Shown: one piece after another, positions 17,767-27,719 of the stretch
How positions within the stretch are numbered: position 1 is the stretch's first letter
Layout of the letters: the number at the start of each line of letters is the position of its first letter
Assembly (NCBI GenBank): GCA_963848135.1
Contig: CAWKCK010000018.1
Span: 76,938-140,937, forward strand
Length of the DNA stretch: 64,000 nucleotides
Direction: 5' to 3'
From: an uncultured delta proteobacterium
GTDB lineage: Bacteria; Desulfobacterota; Desulfobacteria; Desulfobacterales; SG8-13
Position numbers and translations under genes: made by a program
The notes under the pieces: model-generated
Databases searched by the model: none
What the model was told of the DNA's origin: nothing
What the model saw: only the letters and a program-made list of their open reading frames with translations

Positions 17767-18399
17767 TCACGTCTCATCCGCATCTCCGCAATCTGGGGGC
17801 AAGAATTCAAAAAGTGGTTGACCGATGACAACCTCTGGATCATTTTTAAAGTCATTTAATATGGCTTGAGAAACCCGCCGGATCGTGTGGATAATCTGCG
17901 CATCGTTTCTTTCCGGCCGTTCATTGTTGTTTAGCAAACCGGCAAATCCCTGGGTGAATATCCACCGTGCCCGTTGAATCATTTCAATCTGACATGCTGA
18001 CAGTCCCTGAAAAGGCGCGTAATCGGCGAGCCTTGCACCGAGATCGGCCCATATTTTGGCGCCGTATTTACGTCTTATAGGGACATGCTTTTCGTCGTTG
18101 ATCGACCGCCACAGATGCTTTTCGTCAATGGCAAACATGACCACGCCTATCGCATGGTCGATCCACAAATCCCCGGTTCTGGTCGCGACGATGTAGTCGT
18201 AGAGCAGCGTCATCGCTTTTTTGACGATTTCCTCTTCCAGATGCGCCATGGAACTGTAACAGGAATAAATCGGCATGGTGGAGCAGTTCAGCTGTTTTGC
18301 CAGATATCGGGCGGACAGGTCCTGCCAACTGTTGTGTCGGACGTACTCGAAGGCGGTATCGAAAATGTCTTGCTTCTGAATTTTCGGTTTTGGAGGCAT
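17767..18399 (-). CDS. TetR/AcrR family transcriptional regulator
   Basis: MPPKPKI..LSARYLAKQLNCSTMPIYS HTH. Confidence 0.88.
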   Translation of the reverse strand: MPPKPKIQKQDIFDTAFEYVRHNSWQDLSARYLAKQLNCSTMPIYSCYSSMAHLEEEIVKKAMTLLYDYIVATRTGDLWIDHAIGVVMFAIDEKHLWRSINDEKHVPIRRKYGAKIWADLGARLADYAPFQGLSACQIEMIQRARWIFTQGFAGLLNNNERPERNDAQIIHTIRRVSQAILNDFKNDPEVVIGQPLFEFLPPDCGDADET

Positions 18400-18413
18400 T
18401 GTCTTCACCTTTT

Positions 18414-18449
18414 TATAATACTGTTATATAACATTGTTATAATTGTCAA
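18414..18449 (-). promoter_or_regulatory. Tandem palindromic operator plus -35 box upstream of tetR (probable autoregulation)
   Basis: TATAATACTGTTATA and TATAACATTGTTATA overlap; TTGACA on minus strand at 18444-18449. Confidence 0.7.
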
Positions 18450-18698
18450 TAAAAAACCAACCCGTTAAATACCTAATTATTTCTCGCCATCTAACAGCCT
18501 CAAATCATTCCCTGACAACTACGTCAACACTTCGCACACATTCGCTCGATGCCAATCACCACCTCGAAAAATTCCCCCTCAAGATCGATTCTCACTAAAC
18601 TTTTTGTGCATTTGTGCCGATATACATTCGGTATCCTTTTGACTGGCTTAGGCTTTTGGAAAATTGATTGAATCAAACGGGGTTGACCAGAAGGAGGC

Positions 18699-20057
18699 AT
18701 GAACGTGCATTATAACGTCGTTTACCAAGGCAAAATACTCGAGGGATTCGATTTTGAAGCAGCTAAAAACAAACTCATCGAAAAATTCGCTCTCACCAAG
18801 GAAAAAGCCGAAAAAGTGCTCAAAAGTCGCCGTGTGGTGTTGAAAAAGACAGTCGATGAAATAACCGCTCGAAAGTTGGGTTTGGCCCTTAAACGGGCCG
18901 GCCTCGATGTTATTCTAACCAAAAGCCGGACCACAGCGACGACTCAACCGGTGACTGTTGGTTCCAGCGCGAAAACCGAACCACGAACGGATAAAGGTGC
19001 CGCCCCTGCTACCGCCGCGATCGACCGTCAAAAAGACCTCGCTGCTTCATCCGCTACAGTCGCTCAATTACCGACAAAAAAAACCGCTGTCATCCCCTTT
19101 GAGTTTCATGGTAATGGTAATGAATATTTTAAAATTTGGCTGGTAAACATTATCCTGACCATAACCACACTCGGTATTTATTCCGCCTGGGCTAAGGTTC
19201 GCCGCAAAAGGTATATCTACGGCTCGGCACAGCTCAACGGCGCCGGTTTCGAGTACCTTGCCGATCCGGTTAAGATCCTCAAGGGGCGCATGATTGCCGG
19301 TGTTGCTCTGGTTCTCTATTCAACACTGTCCAATCTTTTTCCCCAAATTGGGCTTGTCTTCTCATTGGGGCTATTCGTTATGGTTCCCTGGATTGTCGTT
19401 AAAGCACTGGCCTTCAACGCTCGCAACAGCGCACTGCGTAATATCCGATTCGGTTTCAGCGGCAGTGTGAAAGAATCCGCCAAGGTCTTCCTCCTGTGGC
19501 CGATTCTCGTGCCTTTAACTCTGGGAATCCTTGCTCCGTATACTTATTATCGCCAGAGAAAATTCATTGTAGAAAACAGCAGTTATGGAACCACCCGTTT
19601 TACCTTTGCCGCAACGGCGCGTGATTACTATCGCCTTTTTTTCAGTGCATCTGTTCCGTTAATTATGGGCATCGGTCTTGTCGTGGCGGTCGTATTTTTC
19701 CTCCCCCCCCTGGCAATCCCGGTTGCATTGGCATTGTATCTTTATATGTTTGCCTTTTATTCGGTTAAAACCACCAATTTGCAGTTCAACTCCTCCCAAC
19801 TGGCCGCACATCGATTCCAGGCCGACCTGAGAATTAAAGAATACCTGATGCTGGTGGTCACAAACTCCCTGGCAACAGCCCTGACCATCGGTTTGTTTTA
19901 TCCCTGGGCCAAAATTCGCACCCTGCGCTATAAACTTTCCCATCTGAACCTGAATGCATCGGGGGACATCGACACCTTTATTGCTGATGAACAAAAGCAA
20001 GTCGGCTCTTTGGGAGAAGAAATGAGCAACTTTTTCGACATCGATATCGGACTATGA
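18699..20057 (+). CDS. YjgN (DUF898) family inner membrane protein with soluble N-terminal domain
   Basis: FEFHGNGNEYFKIWLVNIILTITTLGIYSAWAKVR; ends FFDIDIGL. Confidence 0.9.
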   Translation: MNVHYNVVYQGKILEGFDFEAAKNKLIEKFALTKEKAEKVLKSRRVVLKKTVDEITARKLGLALKRAGLDVILTKSRTTATTQPVTVGSSAKTEPRTDKGAAPATAAIDRQKDLAASSATVAQLPTKKTAVIPFEFHGNGNEYFKIWLVNIILTITTLGIYSAWAKVRRKRYIYGSAQLNGAGFEYLADPVKILKGRMIAGVALVLYSTLSNLFPQIGLVFSLGLFVMVPWIVVKALAFNARNSALRNIRFGFSGSVKESAKVFLLWPILVPLTLGILAPYTYYRQRKFIVENSSYGTTRFTFAATARDYYRLFFSASVPLIMGIGLVVAVVFFLPPLAIPVALALYLYMFAFYSVKTTNLQFNSSQLAAHRFQADLRIKEYLMLVVTNSLATALTIGLFYPWAKIRTLRYKLSHLNLNASGDIDTFIADEQKQVGSLGEEMSNFFDIDIGL

Positions 20058-21097
20058 TCTCCATAGATGGGAAATGGTATGACGGCCAGACTTCTGCCGA
20101 AGTTCGGTCGGTCTGTAATGTATACGACAGTGGTGCCGTGACGATCGTGCACGCGATAGACGGTCGCCAAATCATGTCTTTACCCCGCTTTGATATCAAA
20201 GTTTCCCCCCGCTTGGCAGACACACCCCGCTATCTTCACTTTCCGAATGGCGAAAAATTCGAGACCCAAGACAACGGCTCCATAGACCGGGTTGTAACGC
20301 GTTTCTCCCGTGCCCGCTGGACGGACTGTCTTCACCGACTGGAGAGTCACTGGCGGTATGTATTCATCGCTCTGATGGCCATGCTGGTGTTTCTGTGGGG
20401 AGGGATAAAGTTCGGTGTCCCGGTTGCGGCCCGAGTTGTCGCCGAGCGGTTGCCACCATCGATCCGGCACGCAGCCGGAAAGCAAACCCTGGACATTCTT
20501 GATCGATCGGTACTGAGCGAATCGGAACTCGACGAAACCGTCCAAAACCGACTGCGGGAGCACTTCTGGCCGGTCATCGACTCCCACCCGGATGAAAGCC
20601 TAACAATCCTGTTTCGCAAAGGGGGCCAGATCGGTCCGAATGCCTTTGCCCTGCCGGATGGTACGATTATTATTACGGATGAAATGGTTCGACTCGCCAA
20701 GCACAACGACGAACTCACGGCTGTTTTAACCCATGAAATCGGCCACGTGGTTTACCGCCACGGCTTGCGCGCCGTAATTCAAGATTCGTTGATTGGTTTC
20801 ACCCTATTGGCAATCACCGGTGACGTAACCGGCTCGTCGGAACTATTTTTAGGGCTACCGGTCCTACTAACCCAAATGGCCTATTCCCGCAAATTTGAGC
20901 GTCAAGCCGATAACTACGCCTTGTCCTACCTGCGCGGCCATAATATCGCACCGAATCATTTTGCTCATCTTATGCAGCGTATCGAACAGAACGATTCATC
21001 CCGCTCCGGGGGGTCCGGTCCCAATTGGGCCGGCTACCTTTCTTCCCACCCGTTGACCGCAGAACGTATCCAACCATTTGAACAAGAAAGCAATTAA
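20054..21097 (+). CDS. M48 family metallopeptidase
   Basis: PNAFALPDG, HEIGH, YSRKFERQAD, SSHP; overlaps the yjgN stop codon. Confidence 0.9.
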   Translation: MISIDGKWYDGQTSAEVRSVCNVYDSGAVTIVHAIDGRQIMSLPRFDIKVSPRLADTPRYLHFPNGEKFETQDNGSIDRVVTRFSRARWTDCLHRLESHWRYVFIALMAMLVFLWGGIKFGVPVAARVVAERLPPSIRHAAGKQTLDILDRSVLSESELDETVQNRLREHFWPVIDSHPDESLTILFRKGGQIGPNAFALPDGTIIITDEMVRLAKHNDELTAVLTHEIGHVVYRHGLRAVIQDSLIGFTLLAITGDVTGSSELFLGLPVLLTQMAYSRKFERQADNYALSYLRGHNIAPNHFAHLMQRIEQNDSSRSGGSGPNWAGYLSSHPLTAERIQPFEQESN

Positions 21098-21141
21098 TCA
21101 CAACAGCGCCATTGATCCGTTTAGAATTCATAAGAATTCTA

Positions 21142-21714
21142 TTATTTCTTAAAAAAAAGATCTTTACCTGTTAGCGCAGCCTGCCCTTGAATATTGGTTT
21201 TATCTTCTGGTTTATCAATATCTTTCAGGTAATAGGTAAAAAAGCGGATTTCTGTTGAGGCTATTAATAATTGTTCAAGATCTTCGGGTTCTGATTTATA
21301 TTTGAAACCCGCATGCCTGAAATACCTGGCATAAACGTTAGTAATGCCCTTATACAGTTCCCCCGTTTTGGGGTCTATTCCGCACCGGCCTTTAATTAAA
21401 TCAATGGTACCTCTGAGTTTATCCACCGCTTCATTTTCGTTCTTTTCAGGATTTTCGTGTGTTCTATTAAGACCAATGACGATTCGATCTGTTTCCCAAT
21501 TATACGATACAATTATCTGAAATTCTCTTTCATAAATACCCTGACTTAAATACTCCTCAAGCCTGTAAATACCCCAGTCAAGCATCGATACCGGTTGGTT
21601 CATAAGATACTTGAATCCAGGGCTTGGTTCTGCGGACACGGATCTATCTGCTGAAAAAAAAAGACATACAATAACAAAACAACACCCCAGCCATTTGTGA
21701 TGTATAGCTTTCAT
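21142..21714 (-). CDS. Hypothetical exported protein (AT-rich)
   Basis: GAGGAG RBS, signal-peptide-like N-terminus. Confidence 0.65.
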   Translation of the reverse strand: MKAIHHKWLGCCFVIVCLFFSADRSVSAEPSPGFKYLMNQPVSMLDWGIYRLEEYLSQGIYEREFQIIVSYNWETDRIVIGLNRTHENPEKNENEAVDKLRGTIDLIKGRCGIDPKTGELYKGITNVYARYFRHAGFKYKSEPEDLEQLLIASTEIRFFTYYLKDIDKPEDKTNIQGQAALTGKDLFFKK

Positions 21715-21965
21715 GGTTTCTCCTCTTGGGCCTTCTATTGAGACTTTCCAGACGAAAAGTAAATCCACCGCGCCAGAAATGGTTTGATCATCATTTTGTG
21801 CACCGACACGCCGCAGAGGTGCAGGTCGCCGGAAACCACATTCTGCCGGCCTGGGTTATGGCCTTCAGTTTGGCACTTTACAGCCCGATACGAAGAGCTT
21901 ATGATCAAATGAACGATCTTACCAAGTATCGATTTTCTTTTTAGACCCGGGTCCAAGGACGCATC

Positions 21966-22670
21966 GTGCATACGCGAAACCGAATTTTTCTGTCCGGTAA
22001 AGACGCCCTGGCAGCGATTCAGGCCGATTTTGACCAATACGCCCCACAAACCCAACTTTTTCTCGAAATCTTTCCGCTGGTTTTCGGCGAACGCGCGGTC
22101 ATTACCGGATCACACCGCGATGACCGCTTATGGATGACTGAACGCGGGCGCAAGATGTTCCGAATCAGCCCTCGGGATCTGGGCACTCGCCTCTGTCTCG
22201 AACTGAAACAAAACACGCCGCCGTTGGACGTTGTGGCCGCAATATGCCGGCGCGTTTTCAGAACCGAGGTCTATCCGGGTAAGCCCGACTGGTCCATCGA
22301 ATCCGGCATATGGCTATTTACGGGCATGGAGACCTTCAAGTGTCACCAGTGCGGACACTGCTGCCACAACCTCGACTACTATGATCAACTCACTGAAACA
22401 GACTATAACCGCTGGCAGTCACTGGAACGAAAAGACATCCTGATGACAGTGCGCCGTGTCAGAAGGGGGAATAAGACGTTCGCCTATCGAATGTGGGAAA
22501 AGACCGGCACAGAAAAAACGGCAAGTCCCTGTCCATGGCTCCGCAAAATACCGACCCAAAATCGTTGGGAATGTCGGATCCATGATGTCCGCCCGGAAAT
22601 CTGCCGTCAATACCCCGGCAGCCGCAAGCATGCGGATATGACCGGCTGCCCGGGCTTCAAGCCTTCCTAA
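21966..22670 (+). CDS. YkgJ family cysteine-cluster protein
   Basis: CxxCGxCC, CPWL, CRIHDVRPEICRQYP. Confidence 0.8.
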   Translation: MHTRNRIFLSGKDALAAIQADFDQYAPQTQLFLEIFPLVFGERAVITGSHRDDRLWMTERGRKMFRISPRDLGTRLCLELKQNTPPLDVVAAICRRVFRTEVYPGKPDWSIESGIWLFTGMETFKCHQCGHCCHNLDYYDQLTETDYNRWQSLERKDILMTVRRVRRGNKTFAYRMWEKTGTEKTASPCPWLRKIPTQNRWECRIHDVRPEICRQYPGSRKHADMTGCPGFKPS

Positions 22671-22701
22671 ACGATTTCCCGCTTCCATTCCAGACTATCT
22701 T

Positions 22702-23955
22702 TTAGCAGGGGACCGCGTTCTTAGCAGAATCTATTCTGTCTACGGGGATGACAACCAATTTTTCATTCTTTCCATGGTTGCGCTCGCCAATCATCTTCTC
22801 GATTTCACTTGTGTAGAGTGGATTCATCGCGACAACCACCTTCGGCCCGATGTCGTCCAGTGCCTCCGGCGAAACAACCTGCTGGCCGCTACCAGGAACA
22901 AAACGTCCCTGTTTATGCGGGTTTATATCGACGACATCATCGATAATACCAGCCGTTCTTAATACATTTAAAAATGTTACCCCTTTTGACCCCGCACCCC
23001 AGACAACGGGCCGGATGTCTCGCCGAAGCATCTTCTTCAATGATTCCTGCCAGTATAATACGGTCTGGGAGTAACTCTGAGCAAAACCGCGCACATATCC
23101 TGCCAACTCGCCGATTGAAGGAAGGGACTCCGGCAGTTCCAGCTCGGATGAAGCCGGCAGAGGCCTGGCTTCGATGCAAAGGTATTGCCCTCCAAACGAA
23201 TCAGCGACGCTCAGAGGCTTAAAGCCGGTATCGGTAAACAAATGGTACAGTGACGGTTTTGTGTAGTAACCACAATGCTCATAAATCAAGTCCCAAATAC
23301 CGAATTTCTCCAGAGTGAACATCGCATTTGGTACTTCGAAAAAAACCACACTGGCGTCATCACGACCGATGGAGCGCCGGATGGATGCCATAAACTTTCG
23401 CGGTTCCGCAATGTGCTCCAGTACCTGACGGCAGGCAATAAAATCCGCCCGGACCCCTGAATATTTATCGGAGTAATAATCCCGAACAATATCGAAATGA
23501 TTGCCGGATTCTTTTTGAGCCGTCCTTTGCTCGTCATAGGCCGGTTCAAAACCAGTGCACCGGTTAGCGCCTTTTTCAGACAAGAGGCGTAGAAAATCCC
23601 CCTGGCCGCACCCGATCTCGATGATCTCCTTCTTGTAAAGATGGTAACGCTGAACAAGCTGCTCTGCCAGATCGATAAGATACGCCCGGAATACCGGTGA
23701 ATACTGTAAAGAATTCTCGTATCGAGTGGTGTATTCCACCCGGCTGGGATCAAAATCTGCGTTGAATACGTGTCCGCAGTGCGGACAGAAGTGAAGGCGA
23801 ATTCTACCCTTGGCGGCAGCCAGCGCTTCGCTGCGGCTGTCATAGAGCACGTTGCAGAAAACCGGCATGTCCTCTATGGTGATAAATTCTTCGGCTCCGG
23901 CAACCCAGCATACCGGGCAACGTATATGTCCTGATTGGCTTTGCGTCATCATCAC
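22702..23955 (-). CDS. SAM-dependent NDP-sugar C-methyltransferase-like protein
   Basis: N-terminal CxxC/CxxC, EIGCGQG, VLEHI, FEVP, IYEH, WGAGSKG, DINPHKQG. Confidence 0.8.
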   Translation of the reverse strand: MMMTQSQSGHIRCPVCWVAGAEEFITIEDMPVFCNVLYDSRSEALAAAKGRIRLHFCPHCGHVFNADFDPSRVEYTTRYENSLQYSPVFRAYLIDLAEQLVQRYHLYKKEIIEIGCGQGDFLRLLSEKGANRCTGFEPAYDEQRTAQKESGNHFDIVRDYYSDKYSGVRADFIACRQVLEHIAEPRKFMASIRRSIGRDDASVVFFEVPNAMFTLEKFGIWDLIYEHCGYYTKPSLYHLFTDTGFKPLSVADSFGGQYLCIEARPLPASSELELPESLPSIGELAGYVRGFAQSYSQTVLYWQESLKKMLRRDIRPVVWGAGSKGVTFLNVLRTAGIIDDVVDINPHKQGRFVPGSGQQVVSPEALDDIGPKVVVAMNPLYTSEIEKMIGERNHGKNEKLVVIPVDRIDSAKNAVPC

Positions 23956-23958
23956 ACG

Positions 23959-25188
23959 TCAATCGACCGCCAATTTACAGTTTTCTAAACTCATCACAAA
24001 TGGATCCAATTCCAAGCCCTGTAACTCGCGCTGAATCTCTTCGCAATAGATGGCATTCATGATAATCACAACATCCGGTCGATATTCCTTCAAGTCTGCC
24101 GGCGCAATGATTCGTTGACCGGAACCGGCCATGAATGTCTGCTGGCGAAAAGGATTGATGTCGACAACATATTCGATTATTCTAGATGCCTTAAGCGCGT
24201 GGAGAAAAGCCACGCCTTTGGACCCACCACCCCAGAGGACGACTCTTTTTTCTTCCTGCTTGAAGTGGCCGAGCTGACTTTCCCAGTATTTTAACACTTC
24301 AGGACATTTCGCCTGGAAACTTGATACGAGTTCATCCATGACGTTGACATCCTCGCACAGGGGCTGGTTTGATTCCGCGCCCTTTTGCTCCGGCCTGGCT
24401 TCCAACATTACGTATTGATCGTTGAACGCCGTCTGCAAATCGAGGATATCGAACCCATTCCGCTGAAACAGCCGTGCCAGAGACCCAGGACTGAAATACG
24501 AACAATGCTCGTAATAAATGTCTTCAAAGGCACAGCTTTTTAATATTCGGGTCACATCCGGCACCTGAAAAAATACAATCGTATCCGCTCGGTCCGCAAC
24601 GGAGCGGCGGATAGTGGCGATCAAATCATCCGGGGCTGAAATGTGTTCCAACGTCATTCGGCAGCAGATCAGATCTCCCTGGTACGTCGAATATTTCTCC
24701 GAGTAGTAGTCCTGAATAAAATCGACGTTATTATCCGTTTCTTTTTCGTAATTTCTACCAGGCACATAGGCCGGGTCGATACCGACCCCGCGATTTGATC
24801 CCAGAGCACAGATGTACTTCAGAAATTCGCCTTTGCCGCAACCGATTTCAACTATTCTTTTTCCATTTAACTTATATTTATCGACCAGATATTGCGCCAG
24901 GCTTTTTGCAAAAGCACTGAAAGTCGGCGAGGATCCCTGGGATTCCTCGCATGCAGAAGAATACCTGACGGCCTCCGGATCGAAACAGGTATTCCAGATA
25001 AAGCCGCATTCTCGGCAAATTTCGAGGGAAAGATCTCCCCGTGGAAAGGCCCGGGCGTCCTCCCTGGAAAGGCAGTTCATCACGCTGTTGACCGGTATAC
25101 TCTTTATTTCGTGAAAAAAACGCATATCCGTAGATCCGCAGCTCGGACAGGCGCATCTTTTTTGCGATATGTCATAGTTAGTGTTCAT
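23959..25188 (-). CDS. SAM-dependent NDP-sugar C-methyltransferase-like protein
   Basis: CPSC/CREC, EIGCGKG, TLEHI, YYEH, WGGGSKG. Confidence 0.8.
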   Translation of the reverse strand: MNTNYDISQKRCACPSCGSTDMRFFHEIKSIPVNSVMNCLSREDARAFPRGDLSLEICRECGFIWNTCFDPEAVRYSSACEESQGSSPTFSAFAKSLAQYLVDKYKLNGKRIVEIGCGKGEFLKYICALGSNRGVGIDPAYVPGRNYEKETDNNVDFIQDYYSEKYSTYQGDLICCRMTLEHISAPDDLIATIRRSVADRADTIVFFQVPDVTRILKSCAFEDIYYEHCSYFSPGSLARLFQRNGFDILDLQTAFNDQYVMLEARPEQKGAESNQPLCEDVNVMDELVSSFQAKCPEVLKYWESQLGHFKQEEKRVVLWGGGSKGVAFLHALKASRIIEYVVDINPFRQQTFMAGSGQRIIAPADLKEYRPDVVIIMNAIYCEEIQRELQGLELDPFVMSLENCKLAVD

Positions 25189-25344
25189 TCGGTGCTATGC
25201 AAATCCCTGTTCTTGATCAGTAGATTACTGCTTAGACGGGCCTTCACCGCCCGCTTCGCTCGCGTCTCAGTGATTGCAAAGGGGTTTTTTAGTAGAACGT
25301 GTCAAAATCTATCGTATTGCCGCAGTAGTGATTTCAGCCGAGCT

Positions 25345-26574
25345 TCAAACGATCCGGGGTTCGGGAACCGGTATGATAAAACGGCCGCCCTTCAGTCGAT
25401 ACGCCTCTTGCTGTTGCATGATCTCATCGGCAAAATTCCAGGCCAGAATCAGCACGTAATCGGGTATTTCTCTGACCAATCTATCCGTGTCGAAAATAGG
25501 AATGTGTTTGCCGGGCATATACTTCCCATGCTTATGCGTATTTCGATCAACTACAAACTCGATCAAATCGGTACCGAGGTCAACGTAATTGATCAGCATG
25601 GTACCTTTGGCCGCAGCCCCATAGGCCGCGATTCTTTTACCTCGATTTTTTATCGAACGAAGAAGAAGTGCCAAATCAGCCTTGAGCTTCTCGACCCGCT
25701 GCGCAAAATCACGGTAGTATACGATTGTATTCATTTTCCGCATGGCCTCCTCGCCCAGAAGCTTCTCCACTTCTTTGCTGACGGATTCGGTTTTTTCCAC
25801 ATATAATCGAAGAGATCCGCCATGGATCGGTATGCGCTTAACGTCATTTAAGAATAACGAATGACGCCGAAACAGATGGTCTAAGGCGGTGACCGAAAAA
25901 TAACACAAGTGCTCGTGGTAAATCGTGTCGAACTCACAGTGGTCGATGAGTTCTCCGATGTACGGCACCTCGATCACCGCAACCCCTTCATCCTTCAAAA
26001 GGATGTGGATACCTTCAACAAAACCATTGGTATCGGCAACATGGGCCAGCACATTATTGGCGTGGACGACATCGGCCCGTTTGCCCTCATCACGCAGCCG
26101 AACGGCAAGTTCCTTGGTAAAGAAGGCTCTTATAGTTGGAACACCCTCCTCAGTGGCAGCCTTGACCTGACCCGGGGCCGGATCGATACCCATTACAGGG
26201 ATTCCCGCCGCCACATAATTTTTCAACAGATATCCATCATTGCTGGCCAATTCGACAACAAGGTTTTCCTCTCCAAGTTGTCGTGAATTGATAATCTCGA
26301 GCACATTCTCGCGGGAATGCTTTAAAAGCGCTGGTATAAAAGAAGAGTAATACTCGTATCCTTCGGTAAATAACTCCTCAGGGGGTAGGGTCCCCAAAAT
26401 TTGGACCAAACTGCAGTGCGGGCAGAAGGCGACTTCGAGAGGATAAAATGCTTCCTTCTGGTTGAGCATTTCTTTTGTTAATATACGATCAGAGGGCGGC
26501 TTCACGCCTAAATCCAGGAAGATTTCAAGATCCTTTGCATTACATGAACGACATTTTGCGTCGTGAGGTTTCAT
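25345..26574 (-). CDS. NDP-hexose 3-C-methyltransferase family protein
   Basis: CRSC/CPHC, ELASNDGYLL, NNVLAHV, FDTIYHEH, HGGSLR, YGAAAKG. Confidence 0.88.
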   Translation of the reverse strand: MKPHDAKCRSCNAKDLEIFLDLGVKPPSDRILTKEMLNQKEAFYPLEVAFCPHCSLVQILGTLPPEELFTEGYEYYSSFIPALLKHSRENVLEIINSRQLGEENLVVELASNDGYLLKNYVAAGIPVMGIDPAPGQVKAATEEGVPTIRAFFTKELAVRLRDEGKRADVVHANNVLAHVADTNGFVEGIHILLKDEGVAVIEVPYIGELIDHCEFDTIYHEHLCYFSVTALDHLFRRHSLFLNDVKRIPIHGGSLRLYVEKTESVSKEVEKLLGEEAMRKMNTIVYYRDFAQRVEKLKADLALLLRSIKNRGKRIAAYGAAAKGTMLINYVDLGTDLIEFVVDRNTHKHGKYMPGKHIPIFDTDRLVREIPDYVLILAWNFADEIMQQQEAYRLKGGRFIIPVPEPRIV

Positions 26575-26655
26575 GAGTGTCCCTTTGGTTAGTTCAGGAG
26601 CGAAAGGTATACGGTTGATAGAAAGGATCATGGGGTTGAAAAATTCGTCCTTCGC

Positions 26656-27717
26656 CTAAGCAACCTCGCCGACCCGTGAGAGTCTGTTGTCTTTATTTTT
26701 CCAGCGAAGGTTTCGATCCAGCATCCCTCTGTCGATCAGTTTTTTAACATGGGCAATTCTTTTAAATATAGGGCCTTCGTACTCTTCAAGGGTCAGACCG
26801 ACCTGTCGATAGGCATCATATAGCTGTTCAATGCCACGCCGTGCCGTCCACTGGGGTTTGAATGTCCTGAGAACCCTGGCAATCTTGTTGCAATCCACCC
26901 GGTAGCAGCGTTTATCAGGTCCGGCATCGGGGGCATAATCTATTTTGCAATTCGGCACGACATCCTTGACGATATCGGCGATTTCACGAATTTGGTAATT
27001 CTCGGTCGTTGAACCGACATTGAAGGCTTCGTGGTGGACCAGTTCCCGAGGCGCTTCCATTGCTGCAATATAGGCCCGGGAAATGTCTTCCACATGCACG
27101 ATGGGACGCCACGGCGTCCCATCGCTTTTCAGGTAAACTTTACCGGTGGTGAAAGCCCAGGCGGTGAGATTGTTGGTCACCAGGTCAAATCGGATCCGGG
27201 GTGACAATCCATAGGCGGTTGACGCACGCATGAACGTTGGGCTGAACCCACTATCCGCCATTTTAGAAAGTGCGACTTCCACATCTACCTTTGACTGAGC
27301 GTAGGGGGTCACCGGACTAAAGTCAGTGGCTTCGTCGAGAAATTTTTCGCCGGCCGCTCCGTAGTTGCTGCAGGAGGAGGCAAACAAGAAACGCTTGATT
27401 CCGACGGCCTTGGCCATTTCGGCCAATCGAATCGACGCATCGCCGTTGATTTCCGCTGTCAACTCCGGTCGATAATCACCCAGAGGATCATTAGACAAAC
27501 CGGCAAGATGGATGATGGCCTCGTAACCCACCAGGTCGTCCTTGTGCAAATCACGAATATCTGTTTTTAACACCTCAATATCCGCTATCTCTCCGGTGAA
27601 CGTGCAGCGGCTGTATAGATCCGTGTCCAATCCAGCGACATCGTGGTCTCTTTTTAATAGCATGGGGACGAGAACTGTGCCGATGTAACCCTGAGACCCA
27701 GTGACCAGTACTTTCAT
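26656..27717 (-). CDS. NAD-dependent epimerase/dehydratase (extended SDR)
   Basis: VTGSQGYIG, HLAGLSNDPLG, YAQSK. Confidence 0.9.
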   Translation of the reverse strand: MKVLVTGSQGYIGTVLVPMLLKRDHDVAGLDTDLYSRCTFTGEIADIEVLKTDIRDLHKDDLVGYEAIIHLAGLSNDPLGDYRPELTAEINGDASIRLAEMAKAVGIKRFLFASSCSNYGAAGEKFLDEATDFSPVTPYAQSKVDVEVALSKMADSGFSPTFMRASTAYGLSPRIRFDLVTNNLTAWAFTTGKVYLKSDGTPWRPIVHVEDISRAYIAAMEAPRELVHHEAFNVGSTTENYQIREIADIVKDVVPNCKIDYAPDAGPDKRCYRVDCNKIARVLRTFKPQWTARRGIEQLYDAYRQVGLTLEEYEGPIFKRIAHVKKLIDRGMLDRNLRWKNKDNRLSRVGEVA

Positions 27718-27719
27718 GT

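Noticed and set aside
24892..25806. 304-aa plus-strand ORF
   Set aside because: Antisense to two well-supported methyltransferases
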